A DNA stretch of 64,000 nucleotides from PVC group bacterium (GCA_024231215.1 JAAEQR010000003.1:22660-86659); one strand, 5' to 3'. Positions 9,253 through 19,663 are shown, counted from the stretch's first letter. A program made the numbers and translations. The notes: generated by a model not told the origin, from the letters alone.

Positions 9253-10302
9253 ATGAAGAAAAAGGTTTTAGTAGCTATGAGCGGAGGAGTTGATTCTTCG
9301 GTAGCTGCTTTTTTATTAAAAGAGCAGGGATATGATATTGCCGGAGTAACCATGTGTCTTGGCATCTCTGATTCCGGCGATAGTTCCAGAGCCCAGTGCT
9401 GTGGAGTAGAAGCTATTGAGGATTCAAAGACTGTGTGTCGGAAGCTTGATATGCCTCATTATGTATTAAATTTTGCAAATGAATTAGAAGAATTTGTAAT
9501 TAAAAATTTTATTGATAATTACAAAAAAGGATATACTCCCAATCCATGTATTCGATGCAATCAATTTCTTAAATTTGAGAAGCTTTTTAACTATGCTAAA
9601 ACGCTGGGTTTTGATTATCTGGCCACAGGGCATTACGCAAAAATCATAAATTTAAATGAGCAGTATTATTTAAAACGTTCTAAAGACAAAAAGAAGGACC
9701 AGACGTATTTCCTATATTGCATAAAAAAAGATCAATTACAATCGATTCTTTTTCCGTTAGCCGATTATATGAAAGACCAAGTGCGCACCATTGCCAAAGA
9801 TGCTAACTTACCGGTTGCCGAAAAACCGGAAAGTCAGGATATTTGTTTTGTTAATGAAACAAATTATAAGGATTTCATTAAAAAACGTATTGGATTGCAG
9901 GAAGAAGGAGATATTGTCGATAAAAACGGGACGGTTTTAGGGAAACATAAGGGGATCATTAATTATACAAAAGGACAGCGTAAAGGCCTGGGAATAGCAA
10001 CCGGAAAACCATCGTATGTTATTGGAATTGATGCGGCGAAAAATCAGATTATTCTTGGAGACCGAGATGATCTCCTTCAAAAAAATCTTATTGCTTCAGA
10101 TATTAATCTTTTACTTGATGCTTTCCCGCAAAAAGGGAGCGCGCAGATAAGATATGCTCATCAGGAAGCGGATTGCAGTCTTGAATATAAGGATAATATA
10201 TTAAATGTTTCTTTTGATAACGCGCAAGACGCGGTAACTCCCGGGCAGGCAGTCGTGGTATATGATCATGAAACAGTTGTCGGTGGTGGTGTTATACAAT
10301 GA
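9253..10302 (+). CDS. mnmA: tRNA-specific 2-thiouridylase MnmA
   Basis: The N-terminus MKKKVLVAMSGGVDSSVAA, the catalytic Cys motifs (NPCIRCN, DICF) and the overall length all match MnmA. Confidence 0.85.
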   Translation: MKKKVLVAMSGGVDSSVAAFLLKEQGYDIAGVTMCLGISDSGDSSRAQCCGVEAIEDSKTVCRKLDMPHYVLNFANELEEFVIKNFIDNYKKGYTPNPCIRCNQFLKFEKLFNYAKTLGFDYLATGHYAKIINLNEQYYLKRSKDKKKDQTYFLYCIKKDQLQSILFPLADYMKDQVRTIAKDANLPVAEKPESQDICFVNETNYKDFIKKRIGLQEEGDIVDKNGTVLGKHKGIINYTKGQRKGLGIATGKPSYVIGIDAAKNQIILGDRDDLLQKNLIASDINLLLDAFPQKGSAQIRYAHQEADCSLEYKDNILNVSFDNAQDAVTPGQAVVVYDHETVVGGGVIQ

Positions 10303-11069
10303 GTTCTGGAGATGATGTGATGAATTTTAATGAAGGACAATTGAAGCGGTATAGCCGGCATATTCTACTTCCGGAAATTGGAACTGAAGGACAGAGTAAA
10401 ATTAGCGCGGGCAAGGTCTTAGTAATTGGAACCGGGGGACTGGGCTCACCGGGATTGATTTATTTAGCGGCAGCTGGCGTGGGAACGATTGGGATTGCTG
10501 ATGCGGATAAAGTTGACCTTTCTAATCTGCAGCGTCAGGTTATTCATTTCACAGCTGATATAGGAAGATCAAAAGTTCTCTCGGCTAAAGAGAAGATAGA
10601 ACAGATTAATCCGGATGTTAATGTTATTGTTTATGAAGAGAGAGTAGTGGCTGATAATATCGCAGATATTATAAAAGACTATGATTTTGTTATTGATGCT
10701 ACTGATAATTTTTCAGGTAAGTTTTTAATCAATGATGCTTGTGTTATCGGGCAGAAACCGTTTTCTCATGCAGGGGTTTTGCGTTTTGAAGCTCAGACAA
10801 TGACTTATTTGCCGGGTAAAACCTGTTATCGATGTATTTTTAATAGTTCTCCGCCGGAAAATACTGTTCCTTCCGGAGCACAGGCCGGTATCTTTGGCAC
10901 AGTTCCAGGGGTAATCGGAACAATACAGGCAGCAGAGGCTTTAAAATTTCTTACTGGTGCCGGAGATCTGTTGACAGATCAGCTGTTGATTTTTAACGCA
11001 AAGACAATGGATTTTAGAAAAGTAAAATTTAATCAGAACAAAAACTGTCCGGTTTGTGGATATGATTGA
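10299..11069 (+). CDS. ThiF/MoeB/HesA-family E1-like adenylyltransferase
   Basis: It has the Rossmann motif VIGTGGLGS, the RYSRHILL motif and a C-terminal CxxC…CPVC. Its start overlaps the mnmA stop codon (ATGA). Confidence 0.75.
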   Translation: MSSGDDVMNFNEGQLKRYSRHILLPEIGTEGQSKISAGKVLVIGTGGLGSPGLIYLAAAGVGTIGIADADKVDLSNLQRQVIHFTADIGRSKVLSAKEKIEQINPDVNVIVYEERVVADNIADIIKDYDFVIDATDNFSGKFLINDACVIGQKPFSHAGVLRFEAQTMTYLPGKTCYRCIFNSSPPENTVPSGAQAGIFGTVPGVIGTIQAAEALKFLTGAGDLLTDQLLIFNAKTMDFRKVKFNQNKNCPVCGYD

Positions 11070-12930
11070 AATACGTGATATATCCAAATCATTTGGCGGT
11101 CAGGATCTTTTTGACGAGGGCTGTTTTGCTGTCGGGGCAAATGAAAAAATCGGCTTGGTTGGCCGTAACGGCCATGGCAAGACAACCTTGTTTAGTCTAA
11201 TCAACGGGACGTTAGAGCCTGATGCCGGAACCATAGTCATTCCTAAAAACTACCGCATTGGCTGTCTGGAACAAAATATTTGTTTTTCTCAAGATACGGT
11301 ACTTGCTGAAGCATGCCTGGAAATGCCGGCTAGCGAGAGTGAGGACTCCTGGAAAGCGGAAAAGGTTTTGCATGGGCTTGGTTTTTCTGTTTCAGATATG
11401 CAGAGATCTCCTTTGGATTTTTCCGGGGGATTTCAAGTACGCATTAATCTGGCAAAGATTCTGGTTTCTCAGGCAAACCTGTTGCTACTTGATGAACCGA
11501 ATAATTATTTAGATGTTGTAGCGATTCGCTGGCTGATTCGATTTTTGCGTGAGTGGAAAGGTGAATTAATGCTGATTACGCATGACCGTTGTTTTATGGA
11601 TGCGGTTGTTACGCATATAGTGGGAATTCATCGTAAAAAGATGCGTAAGATGTCCGGGACTACGAGCAGGTTTTATCAGCAGATTACGCAGGAAGAAGAT
11701 ATATATGAAAAAACCCGTAAACGTGACGAACGCAAACGTAAACATACAGAAATATTCATTAGTAAATTCCGCGCGAAGGCGCGACAGGCAGGGTTAGCGC
11801 AATCCCGATTGAAAAGTATTGCGAAATTAGAACAAAAAGATAAACTGGAAGAGATAAAGACATTTGATGTTTCATTTAATGCTGCATCATTTAGCGCGGC
11901 AACAATGATGGGTGTTAATAATATAAGCTTTTCTTATGGGGAGAAATATCCGCTATTATTTGAAAAGATCTTTTTTCAGGTTGGCCGGCGGGAACGCTTG
12001 TGTGTGATCGGGAAAAATGGTAAGGGGAAATCAACATTACTTAAGGTCCTTGCCGGAGAACTGAATTCGTTAAGCGGTACGATTAAATCACATCCTCGTT
12101 TGGAAACTGGATATTATGCGCAAAGTAATGCGGCAGAATTAAATTCAGAGCGTTCTGTACTTGCGGAAATCCTAAGTGCTGATCCGGCTGGGTTGCCGCA
12201 AAAAGCGCGTACTATTTGCGGATCACTTTTGTTTAGCCAGGATTTGGCTCTAAAACCTATCTCTGTGCTTTCTGGGGGAGAAAAAAGCCGGGTGTTGCTG
12301 GGGAAAGTTTTGATGCAGCCAAGCCATCTATTGCTTCTTGACGAACCGACAAATCATCTGGATATGGAATCAAGTGAAGCTTTATGCGAAGCGATTGATG
12401 AATTTGAAGGCTCGGTGATCATGGTTACACATAACGAATTATTTTTAGATCGGATTGCGGAGAAGTTACTTATATTTGAAGGAGATGGGGTTCGGTATTT
12501 TGACGGGACTTATCAGGATTTCTTGAGTCGAGTTGGTTGGCAGGATGAAGAAGGGGATTTGAAAGCATCTCCGGAATGCAAAACCCGGGAAAATCCTAAA
12601 ATGGATCGGCGTACGCACAGGCGGCTGGTTGCAGAATTGCGTCATGAGAAATCCAGAGTGCTAAAGCCGCTGGAAGAAAAAATAAAGAAACTGGAAACAA
12701 CGATAAATAATCAGGAAGCAGAATTGAAAAAGATCAATGAAGATCTTGTGACTGCTTCATATGAGTCTGACAGCCAGGCTATTGCTAAGCTTTCACGCAG
12801 GATTAAAGAACTGCCGTTGCAAATTGATGAGCATTATGTAATACTCGATCAGGTGTTTCAGGAATATGAATCACAGAGTGATAAATTCAGTCACAGACTG
12901 GCGGAGCTGAAAGCTCAGGAAAGTGAATGA
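11056..12930 (+). CDS. ABC-F family ATPase (Uup/YheS-like) with a C-terminal coiled coil
   Basis: It has two NBDs (GRNGHGKTT and GKNGKGKST, LSGGEK, DEPTNHLD) and a K/E-rich C-terminal helix. The true start may be the ATG at 11062. Confidence 0.8.
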   Translation: MDMIEIRDISKSFGGQDLFDEGCFAVGANEKIGLVGRNGHGKTTLFSLINGTLEPDAGTIVIPKNYRIGCLEQNICFSQDTVLAEACLEMPASESEDSWKAEKVLHGLGFSVSDMQRSPLDFSGGFQVRINLAKILVSQANLLLLDEPNNYLDVVAIRWLIRFLREWKGELMLITHDRCFMDAVVTHIVGIHRKKMRKMSGTTSRFYQQITQEEDIYEKTRKRDERKRKHTEIFISKFRAKARQAGLAQSRLKSIAKLEQKDKLEEIKTFDVSFNAASFSAATMMGVNNISFSYGEKYPLLFEKIFFQVGRRERLCVIGKNGKGKSTLLKVLAGELNSLSGTIKSHPRLETGYYAQSNAAELNSERSVLAEILSADPAGLPQKARTICGSLLFSQDLALKPISVLSGGEKSRVLLGKVLMQPSHLLLLDEPTNHLDMESSEALCEAIDEFEGSVIMVTHNELFLDRIAEKLLIFEGDGVRYFDGTYQDFLSRVGWQDEEGDLKASPECKTRENPKMDRRTHRRLVAELRHEKSRVLKPLEEKIKKLETTINNQEAELKKINEDLVTASYESDSQAIAKLSRRIKELPLQIDEHYVILDQVFQEYESQSDKFSHRLAELKAQESE

Positions 12931-12950
12931 TGAAAGGGTGTTTAAATTAA

Positions 12951-14114
12951 ATGATTGATTACGATAAAAAGAAAAGTGTTTTGATTACTTGTGCGCGGGG
13001 AAATGTTCCTTATCTAACCCAGGAAATAGAACAATTAGGATATGCAGTTGAGTCTTCACATGAGACTGGGATAGAAATGTTTGCATCTTTACGCGATACG
13101 GAAAAACTTAATCTTTGTTTGCGTACGGCATTTAATGTTTTATATCTTTTAAAAAAATTCGCCTGTCGCAGTCCAAATGAACTTTATCGAGAGGTCAAAT
13201 CGATTGATTGGGAGAACATAATATCTCCAGAGGAGTATTTAAGCATTGTAACTTCTGCGAATACAAAAAATGTTAAAAATTCTGTTTTTGCCAGTCAGAA
13301 AACAAAAGACGCCGTTGTCGACCGGATTACGGAGAAATGTGGGAGCCGGCCGGATTCAGGTCCGGATCGGGATAATATCGTAATTAATCTTTATTGGAAA
13401 GATGACCGGTGTTGGATATATTTTAATACTTCCGGAAAAAAACTTGCAGATCGCAGCTATCGCAAACTTCCGCATAAAGCCCCTATGCAGGAGACTTTGG
13501 CGGCTGCAGTACTGAGCGCTTCCGGTTATGATGGGTCAATGTCTTTTATAAATCCGATGTGTGGCAGTGGTACTCTGGCGATTGAAGCGGCATTAATTGC
13601 TTCCCGCCGAGCTCCCGGGTTATTGCGTAGTAATTTTGGTATTATGCATCTGAAGAATTTTGATAAGGAAAGTTGGTATGCGACACGAAAAGAAGTGGCT
13701 CTTAACACTCGCAAACAATTGCCGAGCCGGATCATTGCCTCAGATATAGACAAAAAGGCGATCATTGCGGCAAAAAAGAACGCACAGACAGCTGGAGTGG
13801 ACCATTTGATTGAATTTCATGTCTGTGATTTTAGCGAGACTCCATTGCCGCACGAGAAGGGCATTATCATTATGAACCCGGAATACGGGATGAGGCTGGG
13901 CGAAGAAAAAAAACTTGGCGAGATTTATAAGCGTATCGGAGATTTTTTTAAACAGAAATGCCCTGGGTTTACCGGATATATTTTTACGGGGAATAAGGAG
14001 TTGTCAAAGCAGGTTGGTTTAAAAACTAGCCTGCGGCTGATATTCTTTAATGCTAAGATAGAATGCCGGCTTTTAGAGTATAAGATTTACGAAGGTAGTA
14101 AGGATGATAAATAG
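12951..14114 (+). CDS. THUMP-domain class I SAM-dependent RNA methyltransferase (RlmL/RlmKL N-terminal-type)
   Basis: It has a THUMP region followed by a methyltransferase fold with INPMCGSGT and the DPPYG-like IIMNPEYG motif. Confidence 0.65.
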   Translation: MIDYDKKKSVLITCARGNVPYLTQEIEQLGYAVESSHETGIEMFASLRDTEKLNLCLRTAFNVLYLLKKFACRSPNELYREVKSIDWENIISPEEYLSIVTSANTKNVKNSVFASQKTKDAVVDRITEKCGSRPDSGPDRDNIVINLYWKDDRCWIYFNTSGKKLADRSYRKLPHKAPMQETLAAAVLSASGYDGSMSFINPMCGSGTLAIEAALIASRRAPGLLRSNFGIMHLKNFDKESWYATRKEVALNTRKQLPSRIIASDIDKKAIIAAKKNAQTAGVDHLIEFHVCDFSETPLPHEKGIIIMNPEYGMRLGEEKKLGEIYKRIGDFFKQKCPGFTGYIFTGNKELSKQVGLKTSLRLIFFNAKIECRLLEYKIYEGSKDDK

Positions 14115-14123
14115 ATGTGATTG

Positions 14124-14486
14124 CTAATCACTGGTGACGATATCGATGGTGTTGGTTATTACTTTGCCGGCAGAATCTACTCCTTCTACCATTCCGTCGA
14201 TTACGCCTCTGGTTTCTCCTGCCGGCGCGCTCCAGACAGCGAACAATTTTTTTATCAGCCAGCCGTTTTTTTCCGGTTTTTCATTTCCGTAAACTTCGTA
14301 TCTATATATTTCTTTTATATTGTGCGGGCCTTTTATGAAAATGCCTTTTAGCGGTGCAAGGGGTATATTAATGAGGTTTTTTCCTATGTTTATGAGATGA
14401 TGCCGCGTTGAAAAAGCATATACCGGCTGTCCGGCTGTTGTGATTAATAAGATTAACATAATCCAGATACTAATTATTTTGCGCAT
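14124..14486 (-). CDS. small exported hypothetical protein
   Basis: It has an N-terminal signal peptide, MRKIISIWIMLILLITTAGQPVYA. It overlaps the upstream minus-strand gene by 17 nt, which suggests an operon. Confidence 0.4.
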   Translation of the reverse strand: MRKIISIWIMLILLITTAGQPVYAFSTRHHLINIGKNLINIPLAPLKGIFIKGPHNIKEIYRYEVYGNEKPEKNGWLIKKLFAVWSAPAGETRGVIDGMVEGVDSAGKVITNTIDIVTSD

Positions 14487-15078
14487 TGATTAATTCCCTG
14501 GCTTTTTCAAAGTAAATAGTTTTATCTTTAAGTTGGTGAATGAAATTTTTCAGTTCAGGCGTTTCTCCGTAATAAGGCCAGAAACCGTATTTCTTTGCTT
14601 CTTGATAGCCCTGTTGTATGGTCATGCCGCAGGCAACCACACGGTACATTGCGATCATGACGCCGGTGCGGTCTTTACCTCCCGGGCAATATACGAAGAT
14701 TGGCTGATTGTTTTTAGTTAAAACTAATTCCAAGAACTTAAGTACTGTCCGGTCGTCCGGCCGCTGGTATAAAGTCATCGGAAGATGGTAAAATTTTATA
14801 CCTAAAGCCTTGGCTGTTTTTTGCTCTTGCAATGAATTTTCCTTATTATTTTTCAGGCTTATAACTGTTTTTATGCCAATTGTTTGTAATTTTTCCCAAC
14901 CCTGTTCATTGGGCACACTTCCTCGATAGAATTTTTCGTCAACCTGATGGAAGTTCGGAATATCGCCGCTTTGTTTAATAAAAGGCGCTAATTCAGCACA
15001 GCCCAAGAGCAAAAATAGGCTTATAATTAATAATGCGATATATTTTTTCATAATCCCCTCTAATATAAAGTATATCAT
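14470..15078 (-). CDS. exported protein-tyrosine/dual-specificity phosphatase-like protein (CX5R active site)
   Basis: It has a signal peptide, and the P-loop VYCPGGKDRTG matches the HCxxGxxR(S/T) signature. Confidence 0.6.
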   Translation of the reverse strand: MIYFILEGIMKKYIALLIISLFLLLGCAELAPFIKQSGDIPNFHQVDEKFYRGSVPNEQGWEKLQTIGIKTVISLKNNKENSLQEQKTAKALGIKFYHLPMTLYQRPDDRTVLKFLELVLTKNNQPIFVYCPGGKDRTGVMIAMYRVVACGMTIQQGYQEAKKYGFWPYYGETPELKNFIHQLKDKTIYFEKARELINAQNN

Positions 15079-15175
15079 ATTTTTGGAAAAACAGCAGGGA
15101 TTGGTATAGTTTTGTTATAATATATCTGAGAACATAAAGCATTGTAGTATATGAAGTTGCAATAAAACATAAAAG

Positions 15176-15204
15176 TTGCAAATAAATAAAAACTAGTGTA
15201 TACT
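15176..15204 (+). promoter_or_regulatory. sigma70-type promoter: TTGCAA, 17-nt spacer, TATACT (within TGTATACTTTA)
   Basis: The hexamers and spacing are read directly. It lies upstream of the 15252 gene. Confidence 0.5.
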
Positions 15205-15251
15205 TTAAAGTCTTTTTAGAATAGAAGCCAATATCTAGTGGGAGGAAAATA

Positions 15252-16244
15252 ATGATTTTACAAAAAAACATAAGATTGATTAGTTATTGTACATTATTTT
15301 TGCTTTATTTAGTTTTTCTAAGTCCGGTTTATGCTTTTGAAAATAGTATTTCTAGAGGAAGTGCTGATAACATGCTAAGTCCACAGATACAGATCAGCCA
15401 TAAGGCGGTAAGATCTGAGATTATTGATATGGTTGCATTTGCTAAGAGTAATAATGTTTTCAATAAGTTTACTCCAATATTGTTTTGGCAAGTTAAGATT
15501 CTTAAAAAATTCGGAATGCAATCAGAGCAAAGCAGAACAGCCTCGTTGATAAGAAAGATAAATAAAGCATATGCAATTAAGGGTAACGTAGGAGGACGTA
15601 AAAGAAAGCACATGGATTTGACCTACTCTGATTTCAACTGGATATTTTCTCAAGCATTACTAAATGATCAGGTTACTAATGAGAAGCTGGAAGCAATTAT
15701 TAATTTGGGGCTTAATATTAAGCATAACTGGAATTGCCTGAGATATAATGTTCAGCTTTGTGATGCTTTTGATCCAGGGCCATCGACATTTGCTATAAGT
15801 GATACCAGAGAGCTTTTACTTGCTTGTGTCAAGTTTGCAAGCGATTTTTCTGATGAAGATTTTTTTGCTGTGATGAATTTTTTTGAGACGGTTGTGTCTG
15901 AGGGGTATGAGATGCATTATGCCCTAAGCATGGCCAAAGAGATTGATGCTCAGAAAGGATTGAATTCTGCTGGGTTTAGTGCTTATGCGGTTGAGGTATC
16001 TAAAGTTCTAAAGATAATGAAAGACGAGCAATATAACCGAGAGACAATAGAGGTTCGCTCAATAGTAAGCAGCCTGATTGAAGCTGTAAGTAAAGGGAGA
16101 ACATTGCGTATAGTAGAAAGTAAAAAAATACCAAAGAGAAGCTTTCTCAGCTCAGAAATTAATATGCTAGACACTTCTTCGTTTTATCGTCAGGGAATAT
16201 CTATTGAAAGTGTGGATACTAGTCTAGTAGAATATGCTATTTAA
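15252..16244 (+). CDS. hypothetical exported protein
   Basis: It has a signal peptide and no recognisable motifs. Confidence 0.5.
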   Translation: MILQKNIRLISYCTLFLLYLVFLSPVYAFENSISRGSADNMLSPQIQISHKAVRSEIIDMVAFAKSNNVFNKFTPILFWQVKILKKFGMQSEQSRTASLIRKINKAYAIKGNVGGRKRKHMDLTYSDFNWIFSQALLNDQVTNEKLEAIINLGLNIKHNWNCLRYNVQLCDAFDPGPSTFAISDTRELLLACVKFASDFSDEDFFAVMNFFETVVSEGYEMHYALSMAKEIDAQKGLNSAGFSAYAVEVSKVLKIMKDEQYNRETIEVRSIVSSLIEAVSKGRTLRIVESKKIPKRSFLSSEINMLDTSSFYRQGISIESVDTSLVEYAI

Positions 16245-16282
16245 GGTTAAATTCAGGAATTAATATATTGTAATTAAAGTGT

Positions 16283-16311
16283 TTGCAATAGGATACGATT
16301 TGGTGTAATAT
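16283..16311 (+). promoter_or_regulatory. sigma70-type promoter: TTGCAA, 17-nt spacer, extended -10 TGGTGTAATAT
   Basis: The hexamers and spacing are read directly. It lies upstream of the 16320 gene. Confidence 0.5.
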
Positions 16312-16319
16312 ATTGATCG

Positions 16320-17795
16320 ATGAAAGCAATATCTTTTTGGAAGAAACTTTTATTTACTTTGTTCGGGTGTTTAATATTTCTGGCTATTCTCGAATTTGGA
16401 TTGAGGATTGGAGGCCAGATTTTTTTGTCTTTGCAGGAACATCGTAATGAAATTTCTTTAAAACAAAAGGATTCATGTCGGATCCTTTGTTTGGGGGAAT
16501 CTACTACAGCTTTAGGGGGAAATTATTCTTATCCACGTCAGCTGGAAAAAATTCTAAATCAAAGTAAAGATATAAATAAAAAATTTACAGTGATTAATAA
16601 GGGAATCCCGGCAATTAATACAGGATTGTTATTGTTGCAGCTTCAGGACAACTTAGATAAATATAAGCCGGATATTGTTATTACCATGATTGGAATAAAT
16701 GATAAATTGGGGGAAATAAGAAACAAAGAAGATAATTATTTTACTTCATTTAGAGTATATAAGTTGGCAAAATTTATTTATTCCAGCTTAAGCAATAAAG
16801 GACATAAGCCTAAGGATGTTCAGGATATAGCTGTTGCTTTGAGCGATGCACAGTTAGAATCTTTGCAGGTTATGGAAAAAGATTTGAAAAAGAAAATAGA
16901 ATCCAACCCGCAAGAGTATGAATTATATACTGATTTGGGAATATGCTATCTGGATCAAGGGAAATATTTTGAGAGTGAAAAGAGTTTAAAGCAGGCTGTG
17001 GCAATGAACCCGAAAAGTATGCGGGCATATTTTGAATTGGGAGTATGTTTACAAAAACAGGGAAAATATCAAGAGAGTGAAAAAGTTTTTGTTCGAGCAA
17101 TAGAAATTTCCGAGGATAATTGGATGCCGTATGTCCAGTTATCAGCTTGCTATAGAAGTCAAAGAAAATATGAACAGAGCCGGCAGATACTGGAAGAGGC
17201 TATTGAAAAACATCCAGAGGTACATTGGCTTTTTTCTGAGCTGGGTATGGTTTGCAAAGAACAGGGGAAAACTGAGCAAGCCAAGTTGTTTTTGCAGAAA
17301 GCAATAGAGTTAAATCAGAAAAAAGATCATGTTTGGCCATATATAGAATTGGGGCGATTGTATCGAAGTGAGGGCCGAAATGATGAAGCTAAAGAAATGA
17401 TCAAACAGGCAATTTTAATTGATCCGAAAAATAAGTGGGCTAAATTCGAAACAGATGGTTTTAATAGTAATCAGGTAAGATTGGAATCAAATAGTCCGGT
17501 TACAGCTTATAATTATCAAAAAATAGCAAAAATGATTGCAGATAGGGGGATCAGGCATTTGTGCGTGCAGTATCCCATGCGTAAAGTTAGTGATTTAGAA
17601 AGAATATTAAAATCTTATCGGAAAAACATTGTTTTTATCGATAATAAATTAGTATTAAAAGAAGCAGTTGAGAAAGACGGATATAAAGAGTATTTTACGG
17701 ATAGATTTGCCGGAGATTTTGGGCATTGTACCGCTAAAGGGAATCGGCTCTTGGCGGAAAATATTGCAAAATTCATTATTGACATAATGGATTAA
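16320..17795 (+). CDS. membrane-anchored SGNH/GDSL-type hydrolase with a large TPR-repeat insertion
   Basis: It has an N-terminal transmembrane segment, the block I motif LCLGESTT and the block V motif DFGH. There are about six TPR-like helical repeats between them. Confidence 0.5.
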   Translation: MKAISFWKKLLFTLFGCLIFLAILEFGLRIGGQIFLSLQEHRNEISLKQKDSCRILCLGESTTALGGNYSYPRQLEKILNQSKDINKKFTVINKGIPAINTGLLLLQLQDNLDKYKPDIVITMIGINDKLGEIRNKEDNYFTSFRVYKLAKFIYSSLSNKGHKPKDVQDIAVALSDAQLESLQVMEKDLKKKIESNPQEYELYTDLGICYLDQGKYFESEKSLKQAVAMNPKSMRAYFELGVCLQKQGKYQESEKVFVRAIEISEDNWMPYVQLSACYRSQRKYEQSRQILEEAIEKHPEVHWLFSELGMVCKEQGKTEQAKLFLQKAIELNQKKDHVWPYIELGRLYRSEGRNDEAKEMIKQAILIDPKNKWAKFETDGFNSNQVRLESNSPVTAYNYQKIAKMIADRGIRHLCVQYPMRKVSDLERILKSYRKNIVFIDNKLVLKEAVEKDGYKEYFTDRFAGDFGHCTAKGNRLLAENIAKFIIDIMD

Positions 17796-17878
17796 TAAAT
17801 ATTGTTATCCAGGATGATGCTGTGGTAAAATATTATTTAATTGTTATATAATGTGGTAGAAAGGATGTAAGTTGTGTT

Positions 17879-19588
17879 ATGAAATTGTTTAAAGATTTGG
17901 GATTATCTCCAGAGATATTGGAAGTACTTAAGAGAAAAGGGTTTGAAGTGCCTACTCCTATCCAGGAACAGACGATTCCGGCTGTGCTGAGTGGAGATAA
18001 AGATATTGTTGGACAGGCTCAGACGGGTACCGGGAAAACAGCGGCTTTTGGTCTTCCAATAATCGAGTTGTTAGAGGAAAATTCAAGTGTAGTTCAAGCG
18101 CTTGTATTGACTCCGACACGTGAGTTGGCGATTCAGGTAGCAGAGGAGATATTATCATTAAAGGGTAAAAAAAAGCTGAGTGTTGTGCCGATATATGGAG
18201 GGCAATCAATTTCTTTACAGTTGAGAAGCTTGAAAAAAGGGGTAGATGTGGTTGTTGGTACTCCAGGCAGAATATTAGATCATCTTAAAAGAGGCACATT
18301 AAAGGTGAATAATATTTCTTATCTTGTCCTGGATGAGGCGGATGAGATGTTAAATATGGGGTTTCAGGAAGATGTAGAGAAAATAATGAAGAAAACATCA
18401 GAGGATAAGCGGACATTGCTGTTTTCCGCGACCATGCCTGCGGCAATAATGAAGATTGCAAAACAGTACATGGGTGAATATGATGTTTTCAAAGTAGCGC
18501 ATGGCCAGCTTACGGTAAATTCAACCGACCAGATATATTTTGAAGTTAGAATGTCGGATAAATTTGAGGCTTTGTGCCGAATTATTGATATTGAGGAAGA
18601 GTTTTATGGGCTTGTTTTCTGCCGGACGAAAATAGATGTTGATACAGTTGCCAGGCATCTTAGTGAACGAGGTTATGATGCTGAAGCTTTGCATGGTGAT
18701 ATTACTCAGAACTTAAGAGAGAAAATACTTAATAAACTTAAAAAGCGTTTGATCAATATCCTTGTTGCGACAGATGTAGCGGCCAGGGGAATCGATGTGC
18801 AGGATCTGACGCATGTTATCAACTATGCTATTCCACAGGATCCGGAGTCATATGTTCACAGGATCGGGCGGACCGGCCGGGCCGGGAAAAAAGGAATTGC
18901 TATAACTTTTGTTACTCCTTCGGAGTACAGAAAACTTCAGTTTATAAAGCAAAAAGCTAAGACAGATATACGCAAGGTGAAACTGCCGAAGGTCAAAGAT
19001 GTTATTAACGCAAAAAAACTTCGAGTTAAGACCCAGATTGAAGAAATAATGCAGACAAACCTTCAACCGGATTATCTTGCTATGTCTGAAGACCTTTTGA
19101 ATAATCATGCTCCCGAACAAGTTCTTGCGGCACTTTTACAGTATTCTTTTCGCGGAGAGTTAAGTGAAAAGAATTATGCTCCAATAGAAGAGAGAGGTGG
19201 TGGAGACGGCGGTGGGGTAGACCGGCAGGGTAAGACGCGTCTTTTTGTTCAACAGGGAAAGAATAACGGGCTGACAGCTAGAAGTCTAGTAGAGATCATT
19301 ACGGATAAATGCAATATCCGGGCAGATAAAATCAGAGATATCCAAATACTTGATGCTTTTTCTTTTGTAACTCTTCCGTTTAATGAGGCAGAAAAGGTAT
19401 TGTCTTATTTTCAGAAAAGACGGAAAGAGTCAGATTTGTTAATTGTGAAAGCTAAGACTGAAAGAACAGGGAGAAGTGATCGAAAAGGCAGAGACAGGGG
19501 AAGAGGCAGAAGTAGTAGGCCGGGCAGAAGTGGTGGTAAAGGTCGTAAAGATAGACAAAGTAAAAGTAGGAGTAGGGGAAGAAAATAA
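17879..19588 (+). CDS. DEAD-box ATP-dependent RNA helicase (DeaD/CsdA-like) with a DbpA-type RNA-binding domain and an Arg/Ser-rich tail
   Basis: It has the Q-motif, AQTGTGKT, DEAD, SAT and HRIGRTGR motifs. The tail reads GRDRGRGRSSRPGRSGGKGRKDRQSKSRSRGRK. Confidence 0.9.
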   Translation: MKLFKDLGLSPEILEVLKRKGFEVPTPIQEQTIPAVLSGDKDIVGQAQTGTGKTAAFGLPIIELLEENSSVVQALVLTPTRELAIQVAEEILSLKGKKKLSVVPIYGGQSISLQLRSLKKGVDVVVGTPGRILDHLKRGTLKVNNISYLVLDEADEMLNMGFQEDVEKIMKKTSEDKRTLLFSATMPAAIMKIAKQYMGEYDVFKVAHGQLTVNSTDQIYFEVRMSDKFEALCRIIDIEEEFYGLVFCRTKIDVDTVARHLSERGYDAEALHGDITQNLREKILNKLKKRLINILVATDVAARGIDVQDLTHVINYAIPQDPESYVHRIGRTGRAGKKGIAITFVTPSEYRKLQFIKQKAKTDIRKVKLPKVKDVINAKKLRVKTQIEEIMQTNLQPDYLAMSEDLLNNHAPEQVLAALLQYSFRGELSEKNYAPIEERGGGDGGGVDRQGKTRLFVQQGKNNGLTARSLVEIITDKCNIRADKIRDIQILDAFSFVTLPFNEAEKVLSYFQKRRKESDLLIVKAKTERTGRSDRKGRDRGRGRSSRPGRSGGKGRKDRQSKSRSRGRK

Positions 19589-19622
19589 AGCAGGACAATC
19601 AGAGATAATATGAGTTTATAGC

Positions 19623-19663
19623 AAGCCCTTACTGGTAAAAACCCGGTAAGGGCTTTATTATTT
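19623..19663 (+). terminator. intrinsic terminator (AAGCCCTTAC…GTAAGGGCTT followed by TATTATTT)
   Basis: A 10-bp perfect stem plus a T-run lies after the helicase gene. Confidence 0.8.

Noticed and set aside
14121-14351. A + strand 76-aa ORF overlapping the - strand 120-aa ORF at 14124-14486.
   Set aside because: The - strand reading has a convincing signal peptide and is arranged as an operon with the upstream - strand phosphatase gene. The + strand ORF is low-complexity (F/Y/R-rich) and has no RBS.
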